NCBI GenBank assembly: GCA_965221585.1
Contig: OZ244898.1
Span: 2,105,420 to 2,169,419, forward strand
Direction of reading: 5' to 3'
Length of the DNA stretch: 64,000 nt
DNA from: Candidatus Aldehydirespiratoraceae bacterium
GTDB lineage: Bacteria; Actinomycetota; Acidimicrobiia; Acidimicrobiales; Aldehydirespiratoraceae
Part shown: piece by piece, positions 35,526-44,858 of the stretch
Layout of the letters: every line of letters starts with the position of its first letter
Numbering within the stretch: position 1 is the stretch's first letter
Translations under genes and position numbers: made by a program
The notes under the pieces: generated by a model
The model's input: the letters and a program-made list of their open reading frames with translations, nothing else
The model's database searches: none
Told to the model about the DNA's origin: nothing

Positions 35526-36745
35526 AAGCTCAGACGGTCGTGGTGGGCGCCGGCCCGGCCGGCACAGCGGCTGCGATCGTCTTGGCCCGCGCCGACCACG
35601 ATGTTCTGATCGTCGACAAGGCGACCTTCCCACGCGACAAGTGCTGCGGCGACGGCCTCACCGCCCTGGCCCTGCGCGAGCTTGAGTCCCTGGGTCTCGA
35701 TCCAGGCCATATCGAGTCGTGGAATGTGGTTCGCGCCGCAGCAGTACGGTCACCGTCAGGAACCGAACGCCATTACCCGCTGCCCGACGGGCCGGGCTGT
35801 CACGCGGCCGTGGTTCCCCGGATCGACCTTGATGCCGCAATGCTGGAGGTGGCTCGCGTCAGCGGAGCTCGAATCGAACAGGGACGCACGGTGGTCGGCA
35901 CCGAGGTGCTACCCGACGCCATCGACCTTCACATAGACAACCAGAACGGGCAGAGCCGACGCATTCGGGCCGTGAACCTGATCGCCGCGGACGGCATGTG
36001 GTCGCCTGTTCGCAAGTCGCTGGGCCTGGCCGTCGACCACTACCTCGGTGAGTGGCATGCGTTCCGTCAGTACTGGCGCAACGTCGGCGATCGGGCCGCG
36101 CGGGATATGATCGTCTGGTTCGAGCCCGACCTGCTGCCGGGATACGCGTGGTCCTTTCCCCTGGGAGGAGGTCGTGCGAACGTCGGGTTCGGAATACGCC
36201 GCGATGGACGGCACAGCGTCGGCGAGATGAAGCAGTTGTGGCTCGATCTCCTCAGCCGACCGCACATCCGAGGGGCGCTGGGACCGGACGCGGTTGCTGA
36301 GGCGCCACACAAGGCTTGGCCGATCCCGGCGCGGGTCGGCCGCGTCCCCTTGGTCGGACCCCGTACGATGTTCGTCGGCGATGCTGCCGCGGTCACTGAT
36401 CCGATGACAGGCGAAGGAATCGGGCAGGCGCTGCTCACCGGTCGGCTCGCTGCCGAGTCGGTGCTGGCCCACCCCGACCCGCCGTCACACTACGCCAGGG
36501 CTGTTCGCAGAGAACTCGTAGCGGACGACCGCATGTCCCGCGCGCTGATTCCATTGTTGGCCCGGCCGCGGGTGACTCGCGGCGTCCTGAGGCTCACCGG
36601 GATGTCCTCGTGGACACGGCGCAACTTCGCCCGCTGGATGTTCGAGGACTATCCCCGGGCCCTGCTTGTCACGCCACGGCGCTGGAGGCCGAGAATGTTC
36701 ACGGGCCCCGGTGCCTACCAGCGACAATTACGCTCAACACCATGA
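35522..36745 (+). CDS. geranylgeranyl reductase-family FAD-dependent oxidoreductase
   Basis: VVVGAGPAGTAAA dinucleotide-binding motif, PRDKCCGDGLT motif, GDAAAVTDPMTGEGI. ATGA overlap with the VanW stop. Confidence 0.8.
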   Translation: MKAQTVVVGAGPAGTAAAIVLARADHDVLIVDKATFPRDKCCGDGLTALALRELESLGLDPGHIESWNVVRAAAVRSPSGTERHYPLPDGPGCHAAVVPRIDLDAAMLEVARVSGARIEQGRTVVGTEVLPDAIDLHIDNQNGQSRRIRAVNLIAADGMWSPVRKSLGLAVDHYLGEWHAFRQYWRNVGDRAARDMIVWFEPDLLPGYAWSFPLGGGRANVGFGIRRDGRHSVGEMKQLWLDLLSRPHIRGALGPDAVAEAPHKAWPIPARVGRVPLVGPRTMFVGDAAAVTDPMTGEGIGQALLTGRLAAESVLAHPDPPSHYARAVRRELVADDRMSRALIPLLARPRVTRGVLRLTGMSSWTRRNFARWMFEDYPRALLVTPRRWRPRMFTGPGAYQRQLRSTP

Positions 36746-37260
36746 GCGAGTTCAGCGACACGATCGACGAGCTCGACGACGCCGTCGATCAATGGTGGGA
36801 ACAGTGGCGTGACCACCCGCTGATCGACCGCGTCTTCTACACCGCGTCCGAGGCTGCCGACTTCTCTCTGCTATGGCACACGCTCGGGGTCGCTCAGTCG
36901 ATCATCGAAGACGATCCCAAGATCGCGATCGGTTTGAGCGCTGCTCTGGGCGTTGAGTCAGCACTGTTGAACGGGCCGATCAAGTCGATCTTCGGTCGTG
37001 GCCGACCGTTGCAGCCGACGCCACGACCGTTGAACTTGCGTCAACCGTTGACCAGCAGTTTCCCGAGCGGACACGCGTCGGCCGCGATGCTCGCGGCAGC
37101 GTTGCTGTCACGTCGATTCGGCGGGTCGGTGTGGTACGCACTGGGCGCGGTGGTAGCAGCCAGCCGAATTCATGTGCGGATCCACCACGCATCCGACGTC
37201 GTGGGCGGCCTCGTGATCGGTGCCGCCTTCGGGAGGATCGCCCGGCGGCTGCTCCGTTAG
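36742..37260 (+). CDS. PAP2-family phosphatase
   Basis: KxxxxxxRP (KSIFGRGRP), PSGH (FPSGHAS) and SRxxxxxHxxxD (SRIHVRIHHASD) signatures. ATGA overlap with the reductase stop. Confidence 0.8.
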   Translation: MSEFSDTIDELDDAVDQWWEQWRDHPLIDRVFYTASEAADFSLLWHTLGVAQSIIEDDPKIAIGLSAALGVESALLNGPIKSIFGRGRPLQPTPRPLNLRQPLTSSFPSGHASAAMLAAALLSRRFGGSVWYALGAVVAASRIHVRIHHASDVVGGLVIGAAFGRIARRLLR

Positions 37261-37268
37261 CCTGACGG

Positions 37269-37451
37269 CTAGTTGGAACTCGCGGGTTCCGTCGGCTCCA
37301 CCGCCACGAAGGTGAGAACCGAACGGAGATCAAGGAGGAGGTCCGCTACTTCCGCGCTCGTCAAGAGTTCGCGCTTGATGAAGTCACCGAGACCATGGTC
37401 GATTATTCCCAGGGCCTCTTCGATCTGCACACCATCAACAGCTTCAGTCAT
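37269..37451 (-). CDS. small hypothetical protein (60 aa)
   Basis: ATG 37451 preceded by a GGGAGG SD about 8 nt upstream; acidic helical sequence MTEAVDGVQIEEALGIIDHGLGDF.... No family recognised. Confidence 0.5.
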   Translation of the reverse strand: MTEAVDGVQIEEALGIIDHGLGDFIKRELLTSAEVADLLLDLRSVLTFVAVEPTEPASSN

Positions 37452-37570
37452 GTCGGGAACCTCCCTTGAATGTCTCGGGCCAGGATCGGCTCGTGTTGTT
37501 GTCCAACCATACTCGCGCAATGTGACGCTGGGTGCGTTGTGTTTAGCGATATTGGCTTTACCATCCGGCC

Positions 37571-38350
37571 ATGGACATAAAAGGCGCAACGATTGTAGTA
37601 ACCGGAGGGGCCAGCGGAATCGGTCGGGCGATGGCGCATCGCTTCGCGGCCGACGGGGCGGGCAATCTGGTGATTGCCGACATCGACCGGGAGGGAGCCG
37701 CCGCCGTTGCTGCTGAACTCGGTGCCCGCGCCGAGGCGCTTGACGTAACCGACGAGTCAGCAGTCATCGAGTTGATCGAGCGTACCGAGTCAGAACTGGG
37801 CGCTATCGACCTGTGGTGCGGAAACGCCGGCATCGGCGCGAACGGCGGAGTTGAACTTGACAACGACACCTGGAACGCCAACTGGAACGTGAACGTGATG
37901 GCCAATGTCATTGCCGCTCGTCACCTGGTTCCCCGCTGGATCGAACGCGGTGGTGGCCACCTGCTGCTGACCGCTTCAGCGGCGGGTCTGCTCACCAACC
38001 TGGGCACCGCCCCCTATGCCGTCACCAAGCACGGCTGCGTTGCACTGGCGGAGTGGATCGCCATCACCTACGCCGAGCACGGGATCGGCGTGTCATGCCT
38101 GTGCCCTCAGGGTGTGCGCACACCGATGACCGAGGCCGAGGGTGAACTGGCCATCGAGGTCGTGAAGGCCATGGGCATGATCGAGCCCTCGGAGGTGGCT
38201 GATGCGGTGGCTGCCGGTCTCGCCAACGACGACTTCTTGATCCTTCCTCATCCAGAGGTTGCGCTCTATGAACAGCGCCGCGCCGGTGACCGCCAACGCT
38301 GGCTGACCGGAATGCAGAAACTCCAAGCCTCCCTGACGACCACTTCCTGA
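37571..38350 (+). CDS. SDR-family oxidoreductase
   Basis: VTGGASGIGRA cofactor motif and YAVTKHG (YxxxK) catalytic motif. Confidence 0.85.
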   Translation: MDIKGATIVVTGGASGIGRAMAHRFAADGAGNLVIADIDREGAAAVAAELGARAEALDVTDESAVIELIERTESELGAIDLWCGNAGIGANGGVELDNDTWNANWNVNVMANVIAARHLVPRWIERGGGHLLLTASAAGLLTNLGTAPYAVTKHGCVALAEWIAITYAEHGIGVSCLCPQGVRTPMTEAEGELAIEVVKAMGMIEPSEVADAVAAGLANDDFLILPHPEVALYEQRRAGDRQRWLTGMQKLQASLTTTS

Positions 38351-38382
38351 CACGGGCACGCCCTTCGGGAACAGCCACCCGC

Positions 38383-38562
38383 GGCTCCGGCAACACCCGG
38401 CAACCACTGCTAGGGCTCCGGCTACGCCCGGCGAAAGCAACGCGCGACTCCGGCCACACCCCGCGACAACTGCTAGGGGCTCCGGCTACGCCCGGCGAAA
38501 GCAACGCGCGACTCCGGCCCCGCAACAGCCACCACGGCTCCGGCTACGCCCGGCGAGAATCA
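38383..38562. repeat. intergenic array of four copies of the motif GGCTCCGGC(N)AC(R)CCCGGC..., including a 42-nt perfect direct repeat
   Basis: Motif starts at 38383, 38414, 38478 and 38536. 38414-38455 is identical to 38478-38519 (GGCTCCGGCTACGCCCGGCGAAAGCAACGCGCGACTCCGGCC). The last copy supplies the final codons and TAG stop of the convergent LLM oxidoreductase gene. Confidence 0.9.
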
Positions 38563-39530
38563 GGCGCGAGGCCCTCGATGGCCTCGTCGATCTCCACCCC
38601 AGGAAACGGCATGATCGCCAGAGCGGGGCAGGTCACGCCGTTGTCTATGTAGCGCTGCACATGAGCCCGGCACTCGTCGTAGGACCCGTGCACGATCAAC
38701 TCATCGATGATCTGGTCGGGGATCTTGTCGAGCGCACCTTTGCGGTCGCCCGCGGCCCACTGTTCCCAGTGCTCTGCCAACGCGTCACCCCGCCCCATCC
38801 ACTCATGGAATGCCTTGTAGACGGGTACGTTGAGGTAAGCCGCAGCTGCAAACTTGCCGGTGGCCCGCGCCGTTTCAGCGTCGGCTGTGGGTGCCACAAA
38901 GATCCGGGCAACTATTTCCGCATCGGGATTCTCGGCCCGAACAATCCCCGCCACGGTCGAGACGTTGTCTGCTGAGAGCCAGTTGACTATGGCACCGTCG
39001 CTCTCGCGTCCGGCCATACGCAGCATGCCTTCACGCAACGCCGCAACCAGGATCGGTACAGGTTGTTCGGGGATCAGACCAAGACGGAATCCTTTGATTG
39101 AGAAGCTGTCGTAGTCTTCGCTGACCTTCTCTCCGGAGAGGGCAGATCTCAGGAATCGGACGATGTCCCGCGTCTGCCTGTAGGGCTCCTCGAAAGGGAT
39201 GCCGTTCCAGCGCTCGACGATCACATCCGATGACGATCCAATCCCGGCGACAAAGCGGCCAGGTGCAGCCGAGGCCATCCCCGCCACGCACTGGGCCATC
39301 AACGCCGGGCCTCGGGTATAGGCCCCGAGGATCGCCGTGCCCAACCTCATCGACGGGGTCCAGACGCTGCCGAGGGCCAAGGGGGTGAGCCCGTCCGCTC
39401 CCATGGCCTCAGCGGACCACAGGTCGGAATAGCCGAGCTCCTCGAGTCGTTCAAACCTCGATCGTTGGAGGTGGAGGGGCGCTCCGTCGAAGGGAACTGT
39501 CATTCCGTAACGTTGAATTGGAGCGGTCAT
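38544..39530 (-). CDS. LLM-class (luciferase-like) flavin/F420-dependent oxidoreductase
   Basis: 328 aa TIM-barrel luciferase-like family pattern (YSDLWSAE..., GIGSSS..., VNWL...). Confidence 0.8.
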   Translation of the reverse strand: MTAPIQRYGMTVPFDGAPLHLQRSRFERLEELGYSDLWSAEAMGADGLTPLALGSVWTPSMRLGTAILGAYTRGPALMAQCVAGMASAAPGRFVAGIGSSSDVIVERWNGIPFEEPYRQTRDIVRFLRSALSGEKVSEDYDSFSIKGFRLGLIPEQPVPILVAALREGMLRMAGRESDGAIVNWLSADNVSTVAGIVRAENPDAEIVARIFVAPTADAETARATGKFAAAAYLNVPVYKAFHEWMGRGDALAEHWEQWAAGDRKGALDKIPDQIIDELIVHGSYDECRAHVQRYIDNGVTCPALAIMPFPGVEIDEAIEGLAPDSRRA

Positions 39531-39587
39531 CGGATGATTCTCTCAGTTCAGGGCAAGCGTCACACAGACCGGGCACACTACTTGACA

Positions 39588-40163
39588 ATGAAATATCCTG
39601 TAACTGATTCAATTATAGTCAAATATGCTGCCCTTGGGATGCTGTTGTTGCTGGCAGCGACCGGATGCGGCGCAGAGAATTCAGCGGTCACGCCGAGCGT
39701 CTCGAGCCCGGAGGCTTCACCGGCGGGTCTGATCCCGAACGCGACCATTCACAAGGTGGTCGACGGCGACACGATCATCGCCGACGTGTCCGGTTCTCGC
39801 GAAAGCGTCCGCCTGATCGGTGTTGACACACCGGAATCCGTCGCAAGGAACCGTCCGATTCAGTGCTTCGGAGCCGAGGCGAGTGCCTATCTCAAGTCCC
39901 TGCTGCCCGAGGGGACCGCGGTGACCCTGATCCTCGATGAAGAACCTCGCGACTCCTATGACCGGCTACTGGCCTACGTGATTCGCAACCACGACGACCT
40001 CTTCATCAACCTCGATCTGGTAGCGCAGGGCTATGCCGACACGCTCTCCTACGCTCCCAACACTCACTACGAGGCAATGCTCGACGCAGCCGCCCAAGGA
40101 GCAATGCTCGCAGGCCTCGGGCTTTGGGGAGTCTGCGGAGATCCCGACGTTCCGCTCGAATAG
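39588..40163 (+). CDS. thermonuclease (SNase-like) family lipoprotein
   Basis: Lipobox LLAATGC. VVDGDTIIADV...VRLIGVDTPES and YDRLLAYV SNase motifs. The first 17 codons are locally AT-rich, so the start is uncertain (39588 or 39639). Confidence 0.75.
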   Translation: MKYPVTDSIIVKYAALGMLLLLAATGCGAENSAVTPSVSSPEASPAGLIPNATIHKVVDGDTIIADVSGSRESVRLIGVDTPESVARNRPIQCFGAEASAYLKSLLPEGTAVTLILDEEPRDSYDRLLAYVIRNHDDLFINLDLVAQGYADTLSYAPNTHYEAMLDAAAQGAMLAGLGLWGVCGDPDVPLE

Positions 40164-40224
40164 CCCGCCATGCTCTTGCGCCGGAAAGGTACCATCTGCT
40201 CAGCAGGCGGAGTACCGTCACATT

Positions 40225-41058
40225 GTGGAGTCACTTGCCGAAGCACTCGGATACGAAGCAGAAACCCGTCTGTTGATCATCAGCGCCGATCAACTCGGTT
40301 CGACGCACGCCGCCACTGCGGGGGGCTTGAGCGCGATGCGTGAGGGGGCAGCTACGACCGGCACAGTGATGATGCCGGGTCCATGGTCACGCCATGCCGT
40401 GGACCGCGCGACCGCAGACGACGATCTGGGCGTTCATCTCACACTCAACGCAGAACTCGACTGTTTCCGCTGGGCTCCGCTGACCAACGCACCGAGTCTG
40501 CTTGACGGTGACGGCGGGTTCCCTCGTACCGTCGCCGACCTTTGGGACCACGCGGACCCCGATGAGGTTCGACGTGAATGCCGGGCGCAGGTTGAGCGGG
40601 CAAAGCTGTGGGGCCTAGAAGCCACGCACTTGAGCACCCACCTGAGCGCTCTACAGCAACGCCCGGAGTTCTTCGACGTGCTGCTCGACATTGCGGTCGA
40701 AGCGAGGCTTCCGCTGCGTCTCGAAGGACCCGCCGCACAGGCGACAGCGGGCTTTCCCTTCCGTGACCTTGCTCGTGAAGCCGGTGTCGTCACGCCGGAC
40801 CATTTCCGCCTGGTCCGCGGCGGTGCAGCGGCTCATTTTCGCGCCGTGCTCGACGATCTGGAACCAGGGGTGACCGTGGTCGCTTTCGAGCCCGCGATCG
40901 CCGCAGAGGAGATCCGCGCAATCGACCCGTCCGCCACCGCTCGTATGAACGATCTAGCAGTGCTCACCGATCGCTCCCTTCCCTCCCGGATCGCCGACAG
41001 CGGCGCTCAACTCATCGGCTTCGCGGCCTTGCGCGACATTCAACGGTCGCCCTCGTAA
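40225..41058 (+). CDS. ChbG/HpnK (YdjC-like) family carbohydrate deacetylase
   Basis: LLIISADQLGSTHAATAGGL...GVHLTLNAE pattern of the YdjC family. Start set at GTG 40225; the upstream part of the ORF overlaps the nuclease gene. Confidence 0.65.
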   Translation: MESLAEALGYEAETRLLIISADQLGSTHAATAGGLSAMREGAATTGTVMMPGPWSRHAVDRATADDDLGVHLTLNAELDCFRWAPLTNAPSLLDGDGGFPRTVADLWDHADPDEVRRECRAQVERAKLWGLEATHLSTHLSALQQRPEFFDVLLDIAVEARLPLRLEGPAAQATAGFPFRDLAREAGVVTPDHFRLVRGGAAAHFRAVLDDLEPGVTVVAFEPAIAAEEIRAIDPSATARMNDLAVLTDRSLPSRIADSGAQLIGFAALRDIQRSPS

Positions 41059-41076
41059 CCGCAACTCGCGGGCTGG

Positions 41077-41460
41077 TCACTCGACGGAGGTCCGCGCCAT
41101 GAGTGGGGCGAGAGCCTCGATCGCGCCCAGCCGAACCGGTCGCAGGTCGAGCAACCAACGCGGATAGTCACCTTCGACCTTCACCGCACCGCTCATGTAT
41201 CCTGCCTCGCTGGTCAATTCGCCAGAAAGGATGGCGACGGCATCCGCGTATCCCACAGATATCGCGATGTCGGGATCTGCGGACCTGCCCACCTCCAACT
41301 TGGCGACGGTACCTTCTCTGACGGTGACCGTCAGAGCGACTCGACCACCGGGACACCCGCTGATCGTGTATTCGACGACGGCATCAAGCCCAACAATGGG
41401 CGGCAACTCAGCAAGTGCCGCGGCTGCCGCGGCTGTCCATTCCTCGTCAAAGATCAGCAT
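41077..41460 (-). CDS. SCP2 sterol-binding-domain protein
   Basis: 127 aa. ...AVAILSGELTSEAGYMSGAVKVEGD... resembles the SCP2 C-terminal signature. Start overlaps the mca stop. Confidence 0.6.
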   Translation of the reverse strand: MLIFDEEWTAAAAAALAELPPIVGLDAVVEYTISGCPGGRVALTVTVREGTVAKLEVGRSADPDIAISVGYADAVAILSGELTSEAGYMSGAVKVEGDYPRWLLDLRPVRLGAIEALAPLMARTSVE

Positions 41461-42320
41461 CAGGGGTCAATACCCGCGAAGAGGTCCGTCTCTTCAGGTT
41501 GATCCCCGTTCCATTTCGGGCGGGCCAAGCGATAGTCGTCGACCGGGTAGAGAGCCAGGTCGACCTCAACAGGCAAGCCGAACCAGAACGGCGATTCCGG
41601 ATCGATCTGGGTGGCGTGAGCGAGCAGTCCCTTGCGGCGCACATCCGTAAAGCCGTCGACATCAACTCTGGTGGTGATGTTGTGGTCGGTGTCGGGTCGC
41701 TCGAACCAGCGTTTGTCGTACGGCGACTCCAGGCCGAGATCAAGGAACGCCTGGTGCCTCGCCTCGATGCGGGCACGCGACCAACTCGAGTAATAGACCT
41801 TCGGCACTGACCAGGGGGCGCCGAGATCGGGGCGATGGGTACCGTCTGCGCAGCGCTGCACAGCCGGATGGGTGATGTCGTGGACACGCACGTGGTCCGG
41901 ATGGTTGTACGCGCCCTGCTCATCGGGGTAGGTGACGACCACGTGCGGTCGCTCCGCTCGCAGCAGCGCCACCAGACGGTCGACCACCTCGTCGAAAGGA
42001 GCGGCAGCGAAACAGTCCGGATGGGAGTTGGCCTCGGTGTCGGCCATGCCAGAATCGCGATAGCCGAGCATATGAACAGTGTCGTAGCCGATTATCTCCG
42101 CGGCCGTCGCCAGTTCCGCGTGGCGTACCGCGCCGAGGTTCTCGCGTACCTCGGGTCGGTCCATGGCCGGGTTGAGAATCTCCCCCTCCTCGCCCCCGGT
42201 GCAGCACACGAGCACGGTCTTCACACCCATCGACTTGTACTTGGCGACAGTCGCCGAGCCCTTGGACGCCTCATCGTCTGGATGGGCGTGAATGGACAGC
42301 AGACGAAAAGAACTGTGCAT
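41460..42320 (-). CDS. mca: PIG-L family deacetylase, mycothiol S-conjugate amidase-like
   Basis: LLSIHAHPDDEASKGSATVAKY...CCTGGEEGEILNP closely follows the Mca/MshB N-terminal pattern; 286 aa. Confidence 0.75.
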   Translation of the reverse strand: MHSSFRLLSIHAHPDDEASKGSATVAKYKSMGVKTVLVCCTGGEEGEILNPAMDRPEVRENLGAVRHAELATAAEIIGYDTVHMLGYRDSGMADTEANSHPDCFAAAPFDEVVDRLVALLRAERPHVVVTYPDEQGAYNHPDHVRVHDITHPAVQRCADGTHRPDLGAPWSVPKVYYSSWSRARIEARHQAFLDLGLESPYDKRWFERPDTDHNITTRVDVDGFTDVRRKGLLAHATQIDPESPFWFGLPVEVDLALYPVDDYRLARPKWNGDQPEETDLFAGIDP

Positions 42321-42341
42321 CCGCTGAAATCTACCGGCCCA

Positions 42342-43568
42342 CTAGCTGGCCGAGACTGGCTCCAGTTCCATTTCTCCGTCAGCGTCGGGGTCGATCAGCC
42401 GCCATCCGCAGCGCAGCGCAAGGAGTTCACGACCTTCGTCGGGACCGCTGGCAATCAACTCGTCCCCTGCAACGAGACGGGTGCGCCCACTGGGCCGGTA
42501 GACGTAGTGGTCCCCACGCCGGATCGCCAGCACCGTGAATCCGGGCTCGATGTTGAGTCGCAGCTCAGAGAGCAGACGGCCATCGGTCTCGCTTCCCGCG
42601 CCGACTGGCACCTGGACAACCACCTCGTCACTGTCACCGAGGGCCAGCTCGAGGATGGGGTGAACGTCCTCCTGTTTCTCAATGATCCAGACCATGGCTT
42701 GGGCCTGGTCACCGATGTCCTCGGCCGCCTGTGAAAGGTGAAGCAGACCCCGCAACGACGACGGGTCGACCTTCTCCGACGCAGCCCGAAGCACCCACAG
42801 TTCAAGGCGGTCCTTCATCTCATCGAGGCGATCCTCGATGTGGCGCACTTCCGCGGCGAGTCCGAGATCGCCGAGCACCAGCGCCGAATACGCCAAGCTG
42901 ACGGCAACCTCACTGAGATTCTTCATCTCAACCAACACATCGACCGCCCGATCAAGATCCGTCACAAAATGATCCTCGACAAGCTGCGGAGCTTCCCAGG
43001 GGTCGGCTCCGGCGAGTTCCCTCAGACGCTGGATTCCATCAGGTGATCCCCGTAGGAACAGAACGTCACCGGGAAGCACCACGGTGTCGCCGTCCACATC
43101 GGTAATCCAATGTTCGCGGCGCACCGCCATCACCCGCATACCGGTCTGAACCGGGAGTTCATGATCGCGCAACGGGCGGTGGGTGAGCCGCGACTCAGGC
43201 GAGACCCCCACACGGTGGCTCACTTCCTCTGCAGCGGACAGGTCCGCGACCAACTCGGCCGGGATCCCGAGTTTGTGGGTGACGATGCGGGCAATGTCGA
43301 CCGCACCGTTGGCAATGCGTTCTATGGCCGAGATCACCTGCAACACCGACGACATTCCCTCCGACTCCCGGGGACTGCGCACAGCCATCACGCACACGCC
43401 GCGCATGTCGTGAACCAGGTGGCTCATCTCCTCTTCCAGGTCGGCGACCTCTTCGGCCATTGCGGGATCTCCGAAGAACAGCGCGGCATATGCCAGGTCG
43501 ACCATCAACTCGGACTTGTCCTTCGCGGTGGCGAGCATCTCTCGCAGGTTGCGCGGTCGGTCGTCCAT
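42342..43568 (-). CDS. cytoplasmic regulatory protein with PhoU-like helical repeats and TrkA-C (RCK_C) domains
   Basis: Two repeats of a PhoU-like helical segment (LMVDLAYAALFFGD...; VAVSLAYSALVLGD...), each followed by a beta-rich RCK_C-like segment (...VMAVRREHW...GDVLFLRG; ...VLAIRRGDHY...GDELIASG). Confidence 0.6.
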   Translation of the reverse strand: MDDRPRNLREMLATAKDKSELMVDLAYAALFFGDPAMAEEVADLEEEMSHLVHDMRGVCVMAVRSPRESEGMSSVLQVISAIERIANGAVDIARIVTHKLGIPAELVADLSAAEEVSHRVGVSPESRLTHRPLRDHELPVQTGMRVMAVRREHWITDVDGDTVVLPGDVLFLRGSPDGIQRLRELAGADPWEAPQLVEDHFVTDLDRAVDVLVEMKNLSEVAVSLAYSALVLGDLGLAAEVRHIEDRLDEMKDRLELWVLRAASEKVDPSSLRGLLHLSQAAEDIGDQAQAMVWIIEKQEDVHPILELALGDSDEVVVQVPVGAGSETDGRLLSELRLNIEPGFTVLAIRRGDHYVYRPSGRTRLVAGDELIASGPDEGRELLALRCGWRLIDPDADGEMELEPVSAS

Positions 43569-43618
43569 TATTTCCTTACTCCCTTATGGATCAATACAGT
43601 AACGGCGTTCATCACGAC

Positions 43619-44854
43619 TCAAGCCACCCCCACCGCCACGATGGCCAGGATCAGGGCGAAGGCACCCACGAAATCCAGCGCCGAGGTGACCATCGGAATG
43701 CCGTGGGTGTCAGGGTCGAGTCCGAACCTGACGGCGAAGATGGTTGCGTAGTAGGCGACGATCACCACACAGACCGTCGCGAGCAGTCCGCCCAACAGCG
43801 CCACGGCAACCACGTCAACCAGCCCGGGACTGGCCTGACCCGTCAACACGCCCCCCAGTTCGGCGACGATTCCCGTTATCGCGAACACGGGTATCGACAG
43901 ACCGAAGATCATGGCGATGTCGACGCCGGCCGAGCCTCGGGGCACCGGCCCCGGTTGCAACAGACCCAGATGCACCTTGCTCGAGAGACGGCTGGAGAGC
44001 ACCCCGCCGAGCCCTCCGGCGCTGCCCAGGAATCCAGGCAACAGCACCAGCAGCACGGGATATTCGAGAAGGTCGTCGAGCCTCTTCTCGATCGTTATGC
44101 CTGCGATCAGATCAAGCAGCCCGGCCAGTGTCAACACGGGGATCGACTCGCGCACGATTGTTCTCAGCGTCTGATGGCTCCTCAGCAACGACCACGCAAC
44201 ACCGCCAACTGCCAGAACCGAGGCCACCACAGCGATCAGCGGCGTGAACAAGTCGACGCCCGCAAGTTGCGCGGCCAGAATCAACGCGGGGAGAGTCATC
44301 AGGTCACTGGCTGCGGTCACCAGCGGCGACACCACGTTGTCGAGGTCCCACCCGTAACGACCCGAACCGCCGGCCAGCAACAACGTGATCGCCAATATCA
44401 ACACCGACGCAAGCAGGCCACCGACGGCGGACACCACAATGAAGTCGGCCAGCGACATGGTCGGCGACACGGCGAAAACAATGGCAACCCCCTTGGCCAG
44501 TACCGCGATCACCACCGAGATCGCCAAGCTCAGCAGCATCGCAGCCGCAATGTTCTCGCCGACCACAGTGTCGAGCCCTGGACTGAGCCTGAACGTTCCC
44601 GCGTGGATGCTGGTACCGAAGCGACTGCCAAGAGCACCGAACACGTTGCCCTTGACTGCCAACGCCGCGGGCACCAGCAGGAGCAGTCCGGGCAGCTCCT
44701 CCAGGGTGTCTGTGGTGGTCGCCAGAGTCACACCCGCGACGAGGCTCGTAACCGCCGACACGACCAGGGCGACGAAACTGTCACGGTGGGCGCGCCGGTC
44801 TCTGCCGATGACGGCGCGCCAACGACGCGCGACACGCAGAAAGCGACGCTCCAC
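43619..44854 (-). CDS. MgtE/SLC41-like divalent cation transporter (duplicated membrane domain, no cytoplasmic MgtE N-domain)
   Basis: 411 aa, about 10 TM, internal duplication with GNVFGALGSRFGT / GGLGGVLSSRLSS motifs typical of the MgtE membrane domain. Confidence 0.7.
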   Translation of the reverse strand: MERRFLRVARRWRAVIGRDRRAHRDSFVALVVSAVTSLVAGVTLATTTDTLEELPGLLLLVPAALAVKGNVFGALGSRFGTSIHAGTFRLSPGLDTVVGENIAAAMLLSLAISVVIAVLAKGVAIVFAVSPTMSLADFIVVSAVGGLLASVLILAITLLLAGGSGRYGWDLDNVVSPLVTAASDLMTLPALILAAQLAGVDLFTPLIAVVASVLAVGGVAWSLLRSHQTLRTIVRESIPVLTLAGLLDLIAGITIEKRLDDLLEYPVLLVLLPGFLGSAGGLGGVLSSRLSSKVHLGLLQPGPVPRGSAGVDIAMIFGLSIPVFAITGIVAELGGVLTGQASPGLVDVVAVALLGGLLATVCVVIVAYYATIFAVRFGLDPDTHGIPMVTSALDFVGAFALILAIVAVGVA

Positions 44855-44858
44855 GCCT

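Noticed and set aside
38064-38525. 153-aa minus-strand ORF running through the intergenic repeat array as a possible real gene
   Set aside because: Its sequence is Arg/Pro/Ser-rich repeat translation. It overlaps the 3' part of the SDR gene antisense and has no start context or domain. It is a by-product of the repeats.
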